A stretch of DNA of 64,000 nucleotides, taken from IMG/VR virus record IMGVR_UViG_3300048438_000153, positions 124,001-188,000 of that record. One strand, written 5' to 3'. Below the pieces are notes generated by a model. That model had not been told where the DNA came from, ran no database searches, and saw nothing but the letters and a program-made list of their open reading frames with translations. A program made the position numbers and the translations under genes. This document shows positions 27,717 through 36,739 of the stretch, one piece after another (the first letter of the stretch is position 1; every line of letters begins with the position of its first letter).

Positions 27717-27788
27717 ATGTGTGATCACTCAGATGAAGAATGGCGTGATATCCTAGACGACATTCTCAATCCAGTCAGAGATGACTAG
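27717..27788 (+). CDS. 23-aa acidic micropeptide MCDHSDEEWRDILDDILNPVRDD
   Basis: Strong SD AAGGAGGAG directly after the upstream stop; below the ORF-track cutoff. Confidence 0.45.
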   Translation: MCDHSDEEWRDILDDILNPVRDD

Positions 27789-27889
27789 GGAGATAAGATA
27801 ACTGACGCTCAAGTCGAGAAAGACGACGATCAATGTCTCTAAGAACATCAGCCGATCAAGTCAGAACAATCTACTGAATAAAGGGGATG

Positions 27890-28228
27890 TTAAGGCTTGT
27901 GAGCAATCAAAGCAGAGAGCGCGCACAAGAGAAGAGCAACCACTCCTCTCAAGTTGAAGCCAAAGTAGACTGTGTTCAGAATCAAGTCTATGGTCAGACT
28001 ACACACGCCCCATGTCACCCCCGCCCTCCACACGTCTCCGACCTCGATAAGCTTCCACCATGCGTAGAGGGTCATGTAGTTAGTGATAAGACTTGTATAG
28101 AGCCACCAATGGAACGGACTCCAATCAAGACCGTAGAGCTCTTTCGAGTTACCTTTGAACCAAAAGATAATATTCGCCACACAGAGAAGGGCGATGGGTA
28201 CTGTGTATGAGTTTATCAATTGAGACAC
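27890..28228 (-). CDS. Small multi-pass membrane protein
   Basis: 112 aa with ~4 hydrophobic segments. Confidence 0.65.
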   Translation of the reverse strand: MSQLINSYTVPIALLCVANIIFWFKGNSKELYGLDWSPFHWWLYTSLITNYMTLYAWWKLIEVGDVWRAGVTWGVCSLTIDLILNTVYFGFNLRGVVALLLCALSALIAHKP

Positions 28229-28246
28229 CTAATAGGGGTAGTGGGA

Positions 28247-28672
28247 ATGACTAAAGACGTTTTTATGAGCTTTCTTAAAGAATACGTCGTGACGTATAAT
28301 ATAGACCTCAAGAAAGAGCCTCCCCAAGCATCTATCTTTGAGAGGGGGTTGATCGAAGAGAGAGAGGTTCTCGCGCTCTCCTACCCTCATTTACTCTTAG
28401 ATGAAGTGCCACAGGAGTCATGGAGCACTCTGATTCGACTCCACATGAAAGAAACGCCCTCATGCGAAGGCGCTGTCTTTTGGTGTGTAGCAGAAGATAC
28501 TGAGGATGAAAAGAAATCGCATTACTTAATCTTTCTCATCTACAGGAAAGAGAACGATGAGTTGCTCACTTACAAGTCAGATCTCTTTCTCACTACAGCA
28601 GAAGAAGTGTCTCTCGAAGAGACTCTTCCGCTTCTAATGGATGATTACGGGATCGAGATCATGATCCACTAG
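28247..28672 (+). CDS. Hypothetical acidic protein
   Basis: ORF with probable ATG start at 28247; ends ..MIH, similar to the ending of 29105-29572 (..IYH). Confidence 0.6.
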   Translation: MTKDVFMSFLKEYVVTYNIDLKKEPPQASIFERGLIEEREVLALSYPHLLLDEVPQESWSTLIRLHMKETPSCEGAVFWCVAEDTEDEKKSHYLIFLIYRKENDELLTYKSDLFLTTAEEVSLEETLPLLMDDYGIEIMIH

Positions 28673-28848
28673 TAGCCACCTGTCTTAAACCACCCTGAGC
28701 CTTTCAAGATGAAAGAACCCTGAGCAATGGCGCGGTCTGTCTCACCTTTGCACTTAGTACAAGGAGGAGGAGGGTCATCAAACTTTTGGATTTTACTCTG
28801 AGTCTCCGCGCACTTTTTGTCTTTGCACTTGAATACATACATCGGCAT
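28669..28848 (-). CDS. FmdB-family zinc-ribbon protein, 59 aa (not in ORF track)
   Basis: Manual translation MPMYVFKCKDKKC...CTKCKG...SFILKGSGWFKTGGY. Confidence 0.85.
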   Translation of the reverse strand: MPMYVFKCKDKKCAETQSKIQKFDDPPPPCTKCKGETDRAIAQGSFILKGSGWFKTGGY

Positions 28849-28849
28849 T

Positions 28850-29116
28850 TCAACTACCTTCTTTCTTCTTAGATCGTTGATCTTTCTTCTTAGATCGTTG
28901 AGCTTCCTCTTTATACCGCAAGTCTAGCTCTCTCAACACCTGATCTGTTTCTTTCAAAAGATTCGCTAATCTTAGAGTTAAGTCGTCACTCGCTCGCCGA
29001 TTACGATATCTAGGTAAAGAAGCAGAGTCTCGAACTGATGTTCTGAGTATATGCCTACAACCCTCAAGACGAGCAAGTAAGCTCCGAAATAAGCGAGATT
29101 TTTTATGTTCCATCAA
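28850..29116 (-). CDS. Small basic hypothetical protein
   Basis: 88-aa ORF abutting the FmdB gene; 21-bp tandem repeat (QRSKKK x2). Confidence 0.45.
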   Translation of the reverse strand: MMEHKKSRLFRSLLARLEGCRHILRTSVRDSASLPRYRNRRASDDLTLRLANLLKETDQVLRELDLRYKEEAQRSKKKDQRSKKKEGS

Positions 29117-29572
29117 GAACCTCCTCAGAATGAAGTGAGAAGCCTATCGAGAGAGGATGTCGAACGTATCCTCTCAGAAGGCGTAAGTGAGTGTAAGAAG
29201 ATCATGTGCTCTATGATAGAGCAAAGATTACCACTGAATGAAGCGCCAAGTTTCTTTTACACCGTCACCTCTTTCCTACCGAAAGAATTCAACGCGGTGA
29301 TCACAAGAGAAGAGCAAGATGACATGACTCAGCAAATAAGATCAGTCTTAAAGGGAAAAAGCGACCCTATTCTCTCCGCGATGTGCCTGAGATCCGTAGG
29401 AGGACTCACTCAATTTGTAGTGAGTCTATTCTGCCCTTCAGGTGACATATACGCGCTTGTGATCACTCCCCCGTCTCTTAAAGAAGGTATTTACAGATTT
29501 GCTAAACCCACACCATTATCTCAGCCTAAAGTTGCGCTGTCTTTCTTAACCGATGAAGAAATCTACCACTGA
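29105..29572 (+). CDS. Hypothetical protein
   Basis: 155-aa ORF. Confidence 0.6.
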   Translation: MFHQEPPQNEVRSLSREDVERILSEGVSECKKIMCSMIEQRLPLNEAPSFFYTVTSFLPKEFNAVITREEQDDMTQQIRSVLKGKSDPILSAMCLRSVGGLTQFVVSLFCPSGDIYALVITPPSLKEGIYRFAKPTPLSQPKVALSFLTDEEIYH

Positions 29573-29864
29573 TCTAGTTGACCACCCCAATTGGAAGTTT
29601 CTAGTTGGGATGCTCATACACCCGAGCTTCAAAAAAACTCAGAGAATGAGAGTCTCACAGGAGTACACATATGAGGGTTGGTTGCCTGTATTAGAGGACA
29701 AGGCCACCCTAGCGATCTTAAGTCTAATGCTCATTGAATCAGGGGGGCTCTTGAGGTTCTCTGAGGGGTGTTACCACATCGGAGATGACTTCAAGTCTGA
29801 AAGCCTTCAGGAGATCATCTGCGAGGGGCTGATAGAGGCTTGGGATCAGTCCTCTGACTCGTAA
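29553..29864 (+). CDS. Hypothetical protein
   Basis: 103-aa ORF overlapping the upstream gene. Confidence 0.55.
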   Translation: MKKSTTDLVDHPNWKFLVGMLIHPSFKKTQRMRVSQEYTYEGWLPVLEDKATLAILSLMLIESGGLLRFSEGCYHIGDDFKSESLQEIICEGLIEAWDQSSDS

Positions 29865-30421
29865 AACTCGAAAGGAAGATCGAACTTGTCTCCATCACCA
29901 CGCCCGTCGAAGTAGCCGACCTTTACTCTGAGCTTACCTTTAGCCTCAATGATGTTGCCCTTCTCTAAGAGATCATTGCTGTAAGAGGGCTTCACGCCAT
30001 TGACAGCTACCGTGATGTGAGGGTTGTCATTCTGAACAGGTAGGTTCGTGTCGATAAGGACTGCAACACAGTTCTCATCGAAGGCGTAACCTACGATGTT
30101 AATCGTGTAAGAGTTCCCGAGAAACTGCTTGTACCTCTCAAGGTCTTTCGCCTTGCCCTTACCGCCAAGAAACTCCATCGTCATGTGGTGACTCTTAACG
30201 TCCCAACCTGTGATGCTCGGAGCGCCGTCTTGCTGACTGAGCCATGAGGTTAGATCGGTAGGGTTATCAAGAACAGCCTCGATGAAAGTCACCTTAGTGG
30301 GCTTCTTTTTCTTAGCCGCTTGCTTGACCGTAGACTCTCCTGTCACGACAGGGAGAATCTTATTACGGAGATGTGGGTTTTCGTATGCGATACGAATCAG
30401 CTTCGCTCTTAGCTCGCTCAT
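29846..30421 (-). CDS. 2H phosphoesterase with N-terminal LIRIAYENP leader
   Basis: Two HxT motifs (HHMTM, PHITV); leader MSELRAKLIRIAYENPHLRNKILPVV, then KQA. Confidence 0.75.
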   Translation of the reverse strand: MSELRAKLIRIAYENPHLRNKILPVVTGESTVKQAAKKKKPTKVTFIEAVLDNPTDLTSWLSQQDGAPSITGWDVKSHHMTMEFLGGKGKAKDLERYKQFLGNSYTINIVGYAFDENCVAVLIDTNLPVQNDNPHITVAVNGVKPSYSNDLLEKGNIIEAKGKLRVKVGYFDGRGDGDKFDLPFEFYESED

Positions 30422-30490
30422 AAGTCACCTTTTCTTTCTCTATTGAGTGCTGTCTCTGTAGACACATAAATAAAGTAAAGAGAGGGTCAA

Positions 30491-31144
30491 ATGAAGATAC
30501 TCGTGATCAGCACCACCACACATAAAGAAAACTCGACCTCAAAACTCATCTTAGAAGAGGTCATGAGTAAAATTAAGAAAGACCACGACATCGACTACAT
30601 CGACGCCGATCAGCTTCACATCGTAAAGAACCTTTCTTGCTACTCATCGGGGGGAGATAACTGTGCGTCAAAAGACGCAGGGAAGTACCGCTGTTGGGCG
30701 CACAAGCTCAGTCAAGAAAGCCCCTCAGAGTATGGGGGAAAAGACGAGATGGGGATCATATACGATGGTTTAGAGTGGTGCGATGCTGTCATCTTCGCGA
30801 CGAGTGTTCGATGGGGTAGCCACTCTGCGCTCATGCAGAAAATCTTAGAGCGCATGAACACCCTCGAAAACCGAGTCGTAGTCTACAATGAGAAGAACAC
30901 TCTTAAGGGAAAGAAATGCGGAGTCGTGGTGACAGGTCAGCACTACATGGCGCAGTCTGTGGCAGATCACCTACTGACTCAGCTCACCTTTTGGGGCTTC
31001 GAGGCTGAGTCTCGTCTCTGTTGGCAAAAGACACTCGACTTGAGCAAAGAGCAAGAGGGAGACAACAACAAAAGTCTGAAAGAATATCTTTCAAGTGATG
31101 ATGGGAAAGAACAGATAGACTCTTTCCTCAAGACCCTCCTGTGA
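30491..31144 (+). CDS. Flavodoxin-fold NAD(P)H-dependent oxidoreductase (iron-sulfur flavoprotein-like)
   Basis: MKILVIS...ENSTS; Cys cluster; DEM..IY..L...DAVIFATSVRWG; LKGKKCG. Confidence 0.8.
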   Translation: MKILVISTTTHKENSTSKLILEEVMSKIKKDHDIDYIDADQLHIVKNLSCYSSGGDNCASKDAGKYRCWAHKLSQESPSEYGGKDEMGIIYDGLEWCDAVIFATSVRWGSHSALMQKILERMNTLENRVVVYNEKNTLKGKKCGVVVTGQHYMAQSVADHLLTQLTFWGFEAESRLCWQKTLDLSKEQEGDNNKSLKEYLSSDDGKEQIDSFLKTLL

Positions 31145-31751
31145 AGGCATCCCAACGCTTCTGCACGTTATCCCAATTGATCTTCCCTACAATGGCCTTA
31201 AGAAAACCTTCTCTGTCGCTCTTGTAGTCGAGATAGTAAGCGTGTTCCCATAGGTCGATACAGAGAAGAGGGAAATGACCCCTCATGAGGGGAGTGAGCT
31301 GATTATCAAGTGACTGAACTCTTAGTCCTGTGTCAGTGACGATCAGCCAAACCCAACCGCTCCCGAAGTGGCTCTTTCCTGACTCTATGAGTTTCTTCTT
31401 AAGCTCATAGATGCCTCCGAAGTCTTTCTCTATCTGCGCTCCAAAAGACCCACTGAAATAGGGTTCTTTCGTATAGGGAGAAATAGATTTCCAAAAGAGG
31501 TTATGAGTGTAGACACCGCCTCCGAAGTTGACGACATCTTTCTTAACATCTAGGGGAATGTATTTCGGGTTGGCGAGGAGCGCGCCGAGCCCCCCTACTC
31601 TTTCTAGGAGGGTAGGGTATGAGGAGAGAGTCTTATTGAGTTTCTCGACATATCCTTTGTGGTGTTTTCTGTGGTGCTCCCACATAGCTTCCTTACCGAT
31701 GATCGGCTCTAGGTCTTCGTAGTCGAAAGGTAGTGGAGGTAAGCGCACCAT
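31128..31751 (-). CDS. sodA: Fe/Mn superoxide dismutase (Mn-type signatures)
   Basis: LPPLPFDYEDLEP, HHRKHHKGYV, GGG..HNLFW, FGSGWVWL, NQ, DLWEHAYY. Confidence 0.93.
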   Translation of the reverse strand: MVRLPPLPFDYEDLEPIIGKEAMWEHHRKHHKGYVEKLNKTLSSYPTLLERVGGLGALLANPKYIPLDVKKDVVNFGGGVYTHNLFWKSISPYTKEPYFSGSFGAQIEKDFGGIYELKKKLIESGKSHFGSGWVWLIVTDTGLRVQSLDNQLTPLMRGHFPLLCIDLWEHAYYLDYKSDREGFLKAIVGKINWDNVQKRWDAFTGGS

Positions 31752-31771
31752 GAGAAACCGCTCTTTCTTTC

Positions 31772-32929
31772 TTAAAAGATGATGTCGAAATCTAAGCTTG
31801 CCGTTTTAGCAGATACTTCGACATCAACTTCTGCGTCAGTTCCCGTAACACTCTCTTCGGTGGGCTTTGCTGAACCTTTACTCTTACCAAAGAGATACTT
31901 TCTCACTTCGTCAGCATCTTTACCTTCACTTAACATTGCCTCTGCTTTCGCCTTCTTTTTAGGGTCTTTTATGCCGTCAAGGAGCTTCTTTTTCTTATCC
32001 TCTTCAGACACTTCTTTCTTCGCGCCATCTGCGCCATCTGACTTAGGAGCTGAACCACCCTCTGACTTAGGAGCTGAATCACCCTCTGACTTGTCGCCCT
32101 CAGAGTCGCTGGATCCGATCTCTTTCTTAGCTAAGGTAAATAAGGGCTTAACCCAAAGTTCAGTTCTCTTTCCTATAGCGTATTCTCTAGTCTCTTCTTT
32201 GTTCATTAATGTGTTCCATTGAACCTCCTCGCTACCCCTACCACTATCACGGTCATAGCTCGGATCTTTAAGAAGCGTCTTCCCATTAAGATAATCATTC
32301 CATTTATCTATAAGAGCCTTCAATCTCGGTGTTTGAGAGATTTTCTTACCACCTCTGATCATAGCTTTGACCTTCTTGATAATCGCGTTCCTTCTCACTT
32401 TATTCGTTGAGTCATCCTTGTATTCGTTCTCAAGCCTCGCCAGCTCGGCTTTAGGATTTAAGTTTTGCGCTTCAAGTCGCTCTTGCTTCCTATCGCTTTT
32501 TCTGCCCTCTGCTTTCGGAGCTCTGTCCTGAGTTCTCTTGAGATCCCTCCCTCGTAGCTTCGCATCTTGTTGAGCTGCCGCAGAAATAACTCTCTTCAAA
32601 AGAGGATAAGAGTCAATAAGATTTGTTAAAGAAGCCCCCCCCACACTAGCAACACGATTATTGTGATGCGACTCTAGAGCCTCTGTGTATAACTCAACGG
32701 TGTCTGAGGCGTAAGGGGTCTGAGTAGCCCATTTGTGTGTAGCGAAAGCCCTCTGCCAATACTCTGAAGGCTGACTCGCAACACGAGATCCCCTCTCAGA
32801 AAGAAAAGCTACGCGAGCATTATGCTCCCTCTCCGCCTCCGCCATAGAAAGAAGGTAGTCACCCGTCACCTGACTGACCGCACCATGTGGAATCTCCGCA
32901 GAGATCTTAATCAAAGCCGTAATGTTCAT
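31772..32929 (-). CDS. Linker-motif-rich protein, putative head cargo
   Basis: RVAFL, RVAS x2, terminal KTAS-LDFDIIF; 24-bp repeats (SEGDSAPK/SEGGSAPK). Confidence 0.65.
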   Translation of the reverse strand: MNITALIKISAEIPHGAVSQVTGDYLLSMAEAEREHNARVAFLSERGSRVASQPSEYWQRAFATHKWATQTPYASDTVELYTEALESHHNNRVASVGGASLTNLIDSYPLLKRVISAAAQQDAKLRGRDLKRTQDRAPKAEGRKSDRKQERLEAQNLNPKAELARLENEYKDDSTNKVRRNAIIKKVKAMIRGGKKISQTPRLKALIDKWNDYLNGKTLLKDPSYDRDSGRGSEEVQWNTLMNKEETREYAIGKRTELWVKPLFTLAKKEIGSSDSEGDKSEGDSAPKSEGGSAPKSDGADGAKKEVSEEDKKKKLLDGIKDPKKKAKAEAMLSEGKDADEVRKYLFGKSKGSAKPTEESVTGTDAEVDVEVSAKTASLDFDIIF

Positions 32930-33006
32930 GTCTCACCTCTATGTGGTTGATCGTTTATCATTCTCTGAATGTGAGAACATAAAGACTCTATTAAAGGAGG
33001 TAAGTT

Positions 33007-33075
33007 ATGAGCTGTTTCTACTCAGAAGAACTACAGATGTGCTTATGCATCATCTATGAAATAATCGTGGCCTAG
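33007..33075 (+). CDS. 22-aa Cys-containing micropeptide MSCFYSEELQMCLCIIYEIIVA
   Basis: Perfect SD AAGGAGGT 5 nt before the ATG, in an intergenic gap. Confidence 0.4.
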   Translation: MSCFYSEELQMCLCIIYEIIVA

Positions 33076-33138
33076 ACCTATAGACGCTTTATCTTTCTTA
33101 TATGAAAGAGTAACACCACAGACAGAAAGGATCAGAAG

Positions 33139-34212
33139 ATGTCTAGAGTACTCTCCACATCAGTACAGATCATGGGCGGAGATGACACCCCGAGAGAGAT
33201 TCAATCAACGCTCGGCATTCGCATCAACACAGTAAGAATGGTAGACGTTGATGACAACAGTAGACCAAGCTCTTTCTTATTAGACGGACTAGAGTTCAAA
33301 GGTTGGCTCGCCCCTTTCGGATCAGGATTTGGTCTTAGCCTTGTAGATGGGGATTTACCCGCAGAAATCGGGGCGTCTCACATCGCGAGCAAACTTAAAG
33401 AAGAGCGCATAAATGTTGAGGGTATCTTTGACATGAAAGACCCTTCAGATAAGAACCGCTTTCAGCGATGGGTGACAGGGAAGCTCGTAGGAAGCAACAG
33501 CTCACCCCAAGCCCCTAGCCCTCGTAATCCAGGACTAAAAGCTCGGCTAGACGCTATCCAAGCGCAAATGCCGAATGACCGCTTTATCAAGTCTCTACAA
33601 GATCATCTTAAGAGGCGAGGGGGACTCACCCAAAATCAAATCAATGCTATCACTAAGATTGAGAACAAACTTGCCAACCCTCAACCGATAGATCAGGCGA
33701 CAATCGACAGGATCAACGCAGTTCTTTCTAAGATGAATCAAGGCAACTCTTTCCTAGAGAGTATCCGAGATCAAGTCGCCAACGGCAGATCTCTTTCCAC
33801 GAAGCAACTCGAAGCACTCGCTAAGTTCGAGCAACCTAAGAAGTCTAGGACTCGTAGGACTCGTAGGACTCGACAAGATGGGGGTCAGTACGTCAATCTT
33901 AGTGAGTTCCACACTTGGGACTTGTATCATCAGCTCAACGCGCTCGCGGGTGGGCACGTCGCTAGGGCTTTGTACGGCGTTCCTGAAATGGGTAGTGATG
34001 AAGAAAGAATCTTCATTCTCTTGGCAGACGTAGCGAGCGCAAGCCATGCTCAGATGAACACCCTGACTCGTCTCTCGGCGCTGAGGAAGATTCTCCCTCA
34101 TCTCAGGAAGCACCCTCTTCTTAAGAACCTCCCTGAAGACATCGCAAAAGACATTCTCAGAAAAGTCATCGTAGACGGACAGCCTTGGCGAGATGATGTC
34201 TCTATGCTCTAA
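33139..34212 (+). CDS. Hypothetical protein with two FLxS..GRxLSxKQ repeats
   Basis: Shares the repeat with 9434-10804; preceded by the TAG-N4-TTTATC motif. Confidence 0.7.
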   Translation: MSRVLSTSVQIMGGDDTPREIQSTLGIRINTVRMVDVDDNSRPSSFLLDGLEFKGWLAPFGSGFGLSLVDGDLPAEIGASHIASKLKEERINVEGIFDMKDPSDKNRFQRWVTGKLVGSNSSPQAPSPRNPGLKARLDAIQAQMPNDRFIKSLQDHLKRRGGLTQNQINAITKIENKLANPQPIDQATIDRINAVLSKMNQGNSFLESIRDQVANGRSLSTKQLEALAKFEQPKKSRTRRTRRTRQDGGQYVNLSEFHTWDLYHQLNALAGGHVARALYGVPEMGSDEERIFILLADVASASHAQMNTLTRLSALRKILPHLRKHPLLKNLPEDIAKDILRKVIVDGQPWRDDVSML

Positions 34213-34886
34213 GAGAAGTACCTTCTCATCAGAGCCTCGCCACCCGTAGACCAAACCTCATTGGGATCTTTCCCTCTGTAGTTGCACAGGTAAACACGAC
34301 CGCCGAGCGCCGTCAACTTGGCCTTGAGCCAATCGGCTTTCTTACGTCCTGTCTCATCGTTATCGTAGGCGATGTAGATCGAGTTTCGGGGCGTAATGAA
34401 GCGAGAGATCATGTTGACTGAGTTGTTGTCCATACCCGCCCTGAGCGTAGAGATAACTGCATCAGAGTTAGGCACGACTTTCTCTAGGGCGATCATGTCA
34501 AAGATCCCCTCAACTACCCACAGATCGTAGCCCTCATAGAGAGTCTCAAAGGCTCTTGGAGCGCCTAGAAAGTAGGGATTCCACTGAGCCTGATCAGTCC
34601 GATACTGAAGGACTTTCTTATTGCCGTTATCGAGGTGTCGAGCTTCCATACCCAACAGCGCGCCTCTAGGTGAATAGATAGGTGTGATCAAGTTACCTTG
34701 AAGCCTACGTCCTGTGTAGCCAAAGTTAGCGATGAACCTCTCGCAAGGGCAAGACGACTTAGGGGAATCCCATGTGTAGAAAGAAACAGAGGAGTTCCGA
34801 TCAACCCCCCTCTTCTTAAGGTACTTCTTGTGCTGAGAAGAGAGGGGATTGAAGCCTTGCTCAAGCCAAGAGGTCACACCGCCCAT
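34209..34886 (-). CDS. DnaG-like primase, TOPRIM core
   Basis: YLKKRGV, PIYSPRG.LLGMEAR, VVEGIFDMIAL, IAYDNDETG, KDPNE. Confidence 0.85.
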   Translation of the reverse strand: MGGVTSWLEQGFNPLSSQHKKYLKKRGVDRNSSVSFYTWDSPKSSCPCERFIANFGYTGRRLQGNLITPIYSPRGALLGMEARHLDNGNKKVLQYRTDQAQWNPYFLGAPRAFETLYEGYDLWVVEGIFDMIALEKVVPNSDAVISTLRAGMDNNSVNMISRFITPRNSIYIAYDNDETGRKKADWLKAKLTALGGRVYLCNYRGKDPNEVWSTGGEALMRRYFS

Positions 34887-35635
34887 GAGGGTGCTGTCTC
34901 CTCTCCATTCTTTACTTTCTCAGCGAGGTTATAGCCCGACATATAGACTTCGCTGTCTTTATTCTGAGGCTCTTTACCCGCCATGTAATCAAGGTAGCCT
35001 TGAATCTTATCAATCGGGGCGGTAGGTGTGGGAGATCCTGTTCTCATCATAGCCATAGTGTTCTGAACCCTTTCATCACAAACAAATTTAGAAGTCTCGA
35101 AAAATGCAATCCAAAAGTCAACGCGCTCATCGTACCACTCGTCACAAGTGCCGTAAACTCCGCTGTTATGGTGACAGGAGGGCTTACCCTTTCGATCAAG
35201 AATATCGAGCAACTTAGACATAGTTTCCACAGCGTAAGTTACTCCCCTTAGCTTATTACATTCACGCCTTATAAGGCGCTTATTATCAGGGTCTTTCGCA
35301 TCCCAACCTACATACCCTCTCTTCCTACGAAAGAGAGGGTATGAGTGCCGAGCGTGAATCTGAAAGATCCCACAAGCCTGACCTCGATCTCCCAATCTCG
35401 GGAAGGGGCGTAAGCGACTCTCCATCCAAGCAAGAGCGAAGTAGCGCACGTCGAGGCTTTCGCCTTCACTCTCCTTAAGAGAGAGCTTGTAGAGATTCTC
35501 AAGGAAACGACGGTTTCTCATAGGGCGACCCACATGAGTCCTGAAGGGCTTAAGGATCTCGATGCTTGACGCGGTAATCATGTGGTCAATAAAGCACTGC
35601 ATTGAAATGGAAGATGCGAGGATAAATGAAAGCAT
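34874..35635 (-). CDS. Lytic transglycosylase (SLT/lysozyme-like fold)
   Basis: AWMESRL (catalytic Glu), GDRGQACGIFQI, HNSG. Confidence 0.65.
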   Translation of the reverse strand: MLSFILASSISMQCFIDHMITASSIEILKPFRTHVGRPMRNRRFLENLYKLSLKESEGESLDVRYFALAWMESRLRPFPRLGDRGQACGIFQIHARHSYPLFRRKRGYVGWDAKDPDNKRLIRRECNKLRGVTYAVETMSKLLDILDRKGKPSCHHNSGVYGTCDEWYDERVDFWIAFFETSKFVCDERVQNTMAMMRTGSPTPTAPIDKIQGYLDYMAGKEPQNKDSEVYMSGYNLAEKVKNGEETAPSWAV

Positions 35636-35640
35636 TGGTC

Positions 35641-36675
35641 TTAGTCTCCGCTGATGTTGTAGTCTATAATCATACAGGCGATGAGGTATACAAACCCTGA
35701 GATAGTAGAGTCAAGGGAAGTCCAATCATCATCAAAGATACTCTGAGACACCTTGATCTGCTGAAGAGTCTTTCTAACGAGAGCCTTGATCTCTGACCGC
35801 CTCTCAGGATCATCTACTCTTTCCGCCACGAGCCTCTTAAGTGGAGTCATAGGGAAAGCCATCATCATCGCCGTAGAAAGAAGGAACTTATTCATGCCGT
35901 CATTCTTGACGAGAGTATCAAGCGACTCACCATAGACTTTCTTGTAGAGCGGTCTGAGCGTGTTACGGAAGCGGTCGAAGTTGTAACTCTGAAGAACGAT
36001 GCTGACGTCTTCCCCTAAAGCGTCATTGACAAAGCGGAAGCCCGATTCCGTACCGTCGAGGTAGTCATAGAGCGCGATAGGCACTTTCCAACTCTTTGCC
36101 TCTCGGCGCTCAATCAAGAAGACCCACAGATCAGAGAGTCCATCGAGCTGAGAGAGATCAACCGTGTAGAAGCGCGTTCGAGTCCTGATAGGTCTAGTAG
36201 GGTCGTTCTCTAAGCGACTCTTAAAGCCCACTAAGTCCAACTCGCTTGTGATCTTCCGAAGCACACCCTTTGTAGGTTCAACGTCAGCTAGACAGCAAAT
36301 CTGAAGACCCGAGATGCTGATGTTGTTATCGTGTGCTAGGCTCGACAGAAAGAGGTGTATCTCAGAGTCGTTCAAGAACCAACTCTTAGGCTCACTCGCC
36401 TCGCCTACCACTACCTCTGACAGATCACGTAAGACCCCATCCACATCAAGTGAGGTTTCAGGTTCGGGATCAGGTATCGAAACAGGTGCAGACTCAGGCT
36501 TAGAGAAGAGGGATTTGAGCGCATCTTGAGGCAAGCCGTACTCAAGACCCTTCTCATAGAGGGAGAGTGTCTCAGAGGCTTTATCAAGCCCCTGAGAGGA
36601 TAGAAATTCTCTTGGAGAGAGGAGCTTTTGCTCTTCTAGCCTCTCAAGTGTTCGGATCAAGTCAGAAATATCCAC
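35641..36675 (-). CDS. Hypothetical protein
   Basis: 344-aa ORF, GTG start with SD AAGGA. Confidence 0.7.
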   Translation of the reverse strand: MDISDLIRTLERLEEQKLLSPREFLSSQGLDKASETLSLYEKGLEYGLPQDALKSLFSKPESAPVSIPDPEPETSLDVDGVLRDLSEVVVGEASEPKSWFLNDSEIHLFLSSLAHDNNISISGLQICCLADVEPTKGVLRKITSELDLVGFKSRLENDPTRPIRTRTRFYTVDLSQLDGLSDLWVFLIERREAKSWKVPIALYDYLDGTESGFRFVNDALGEDVSIVLQSYNFDRFRNTLRPLYKKVYGESLDTLVKNDGMNKFLLSTAMMMAFPMTPLKRLVAERVDDPERRSEIKALVRKTLQQIKVSQSIFDDDWTSLDSTISGFVYLIACMIIDYNISGD

Positions 36676-36739
36676 TTGACATCCTTTCTTAGTAAAGATT
36701 AGCTGTTGAAGTCATTATCCCGAGGAGGACACCAACTCA

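Noticed and set aside
33846-33873. 9-bp microsatellite (RTRRTRRTR)
   Set aside because: In-frame linker slippage with no frame-switching potential.
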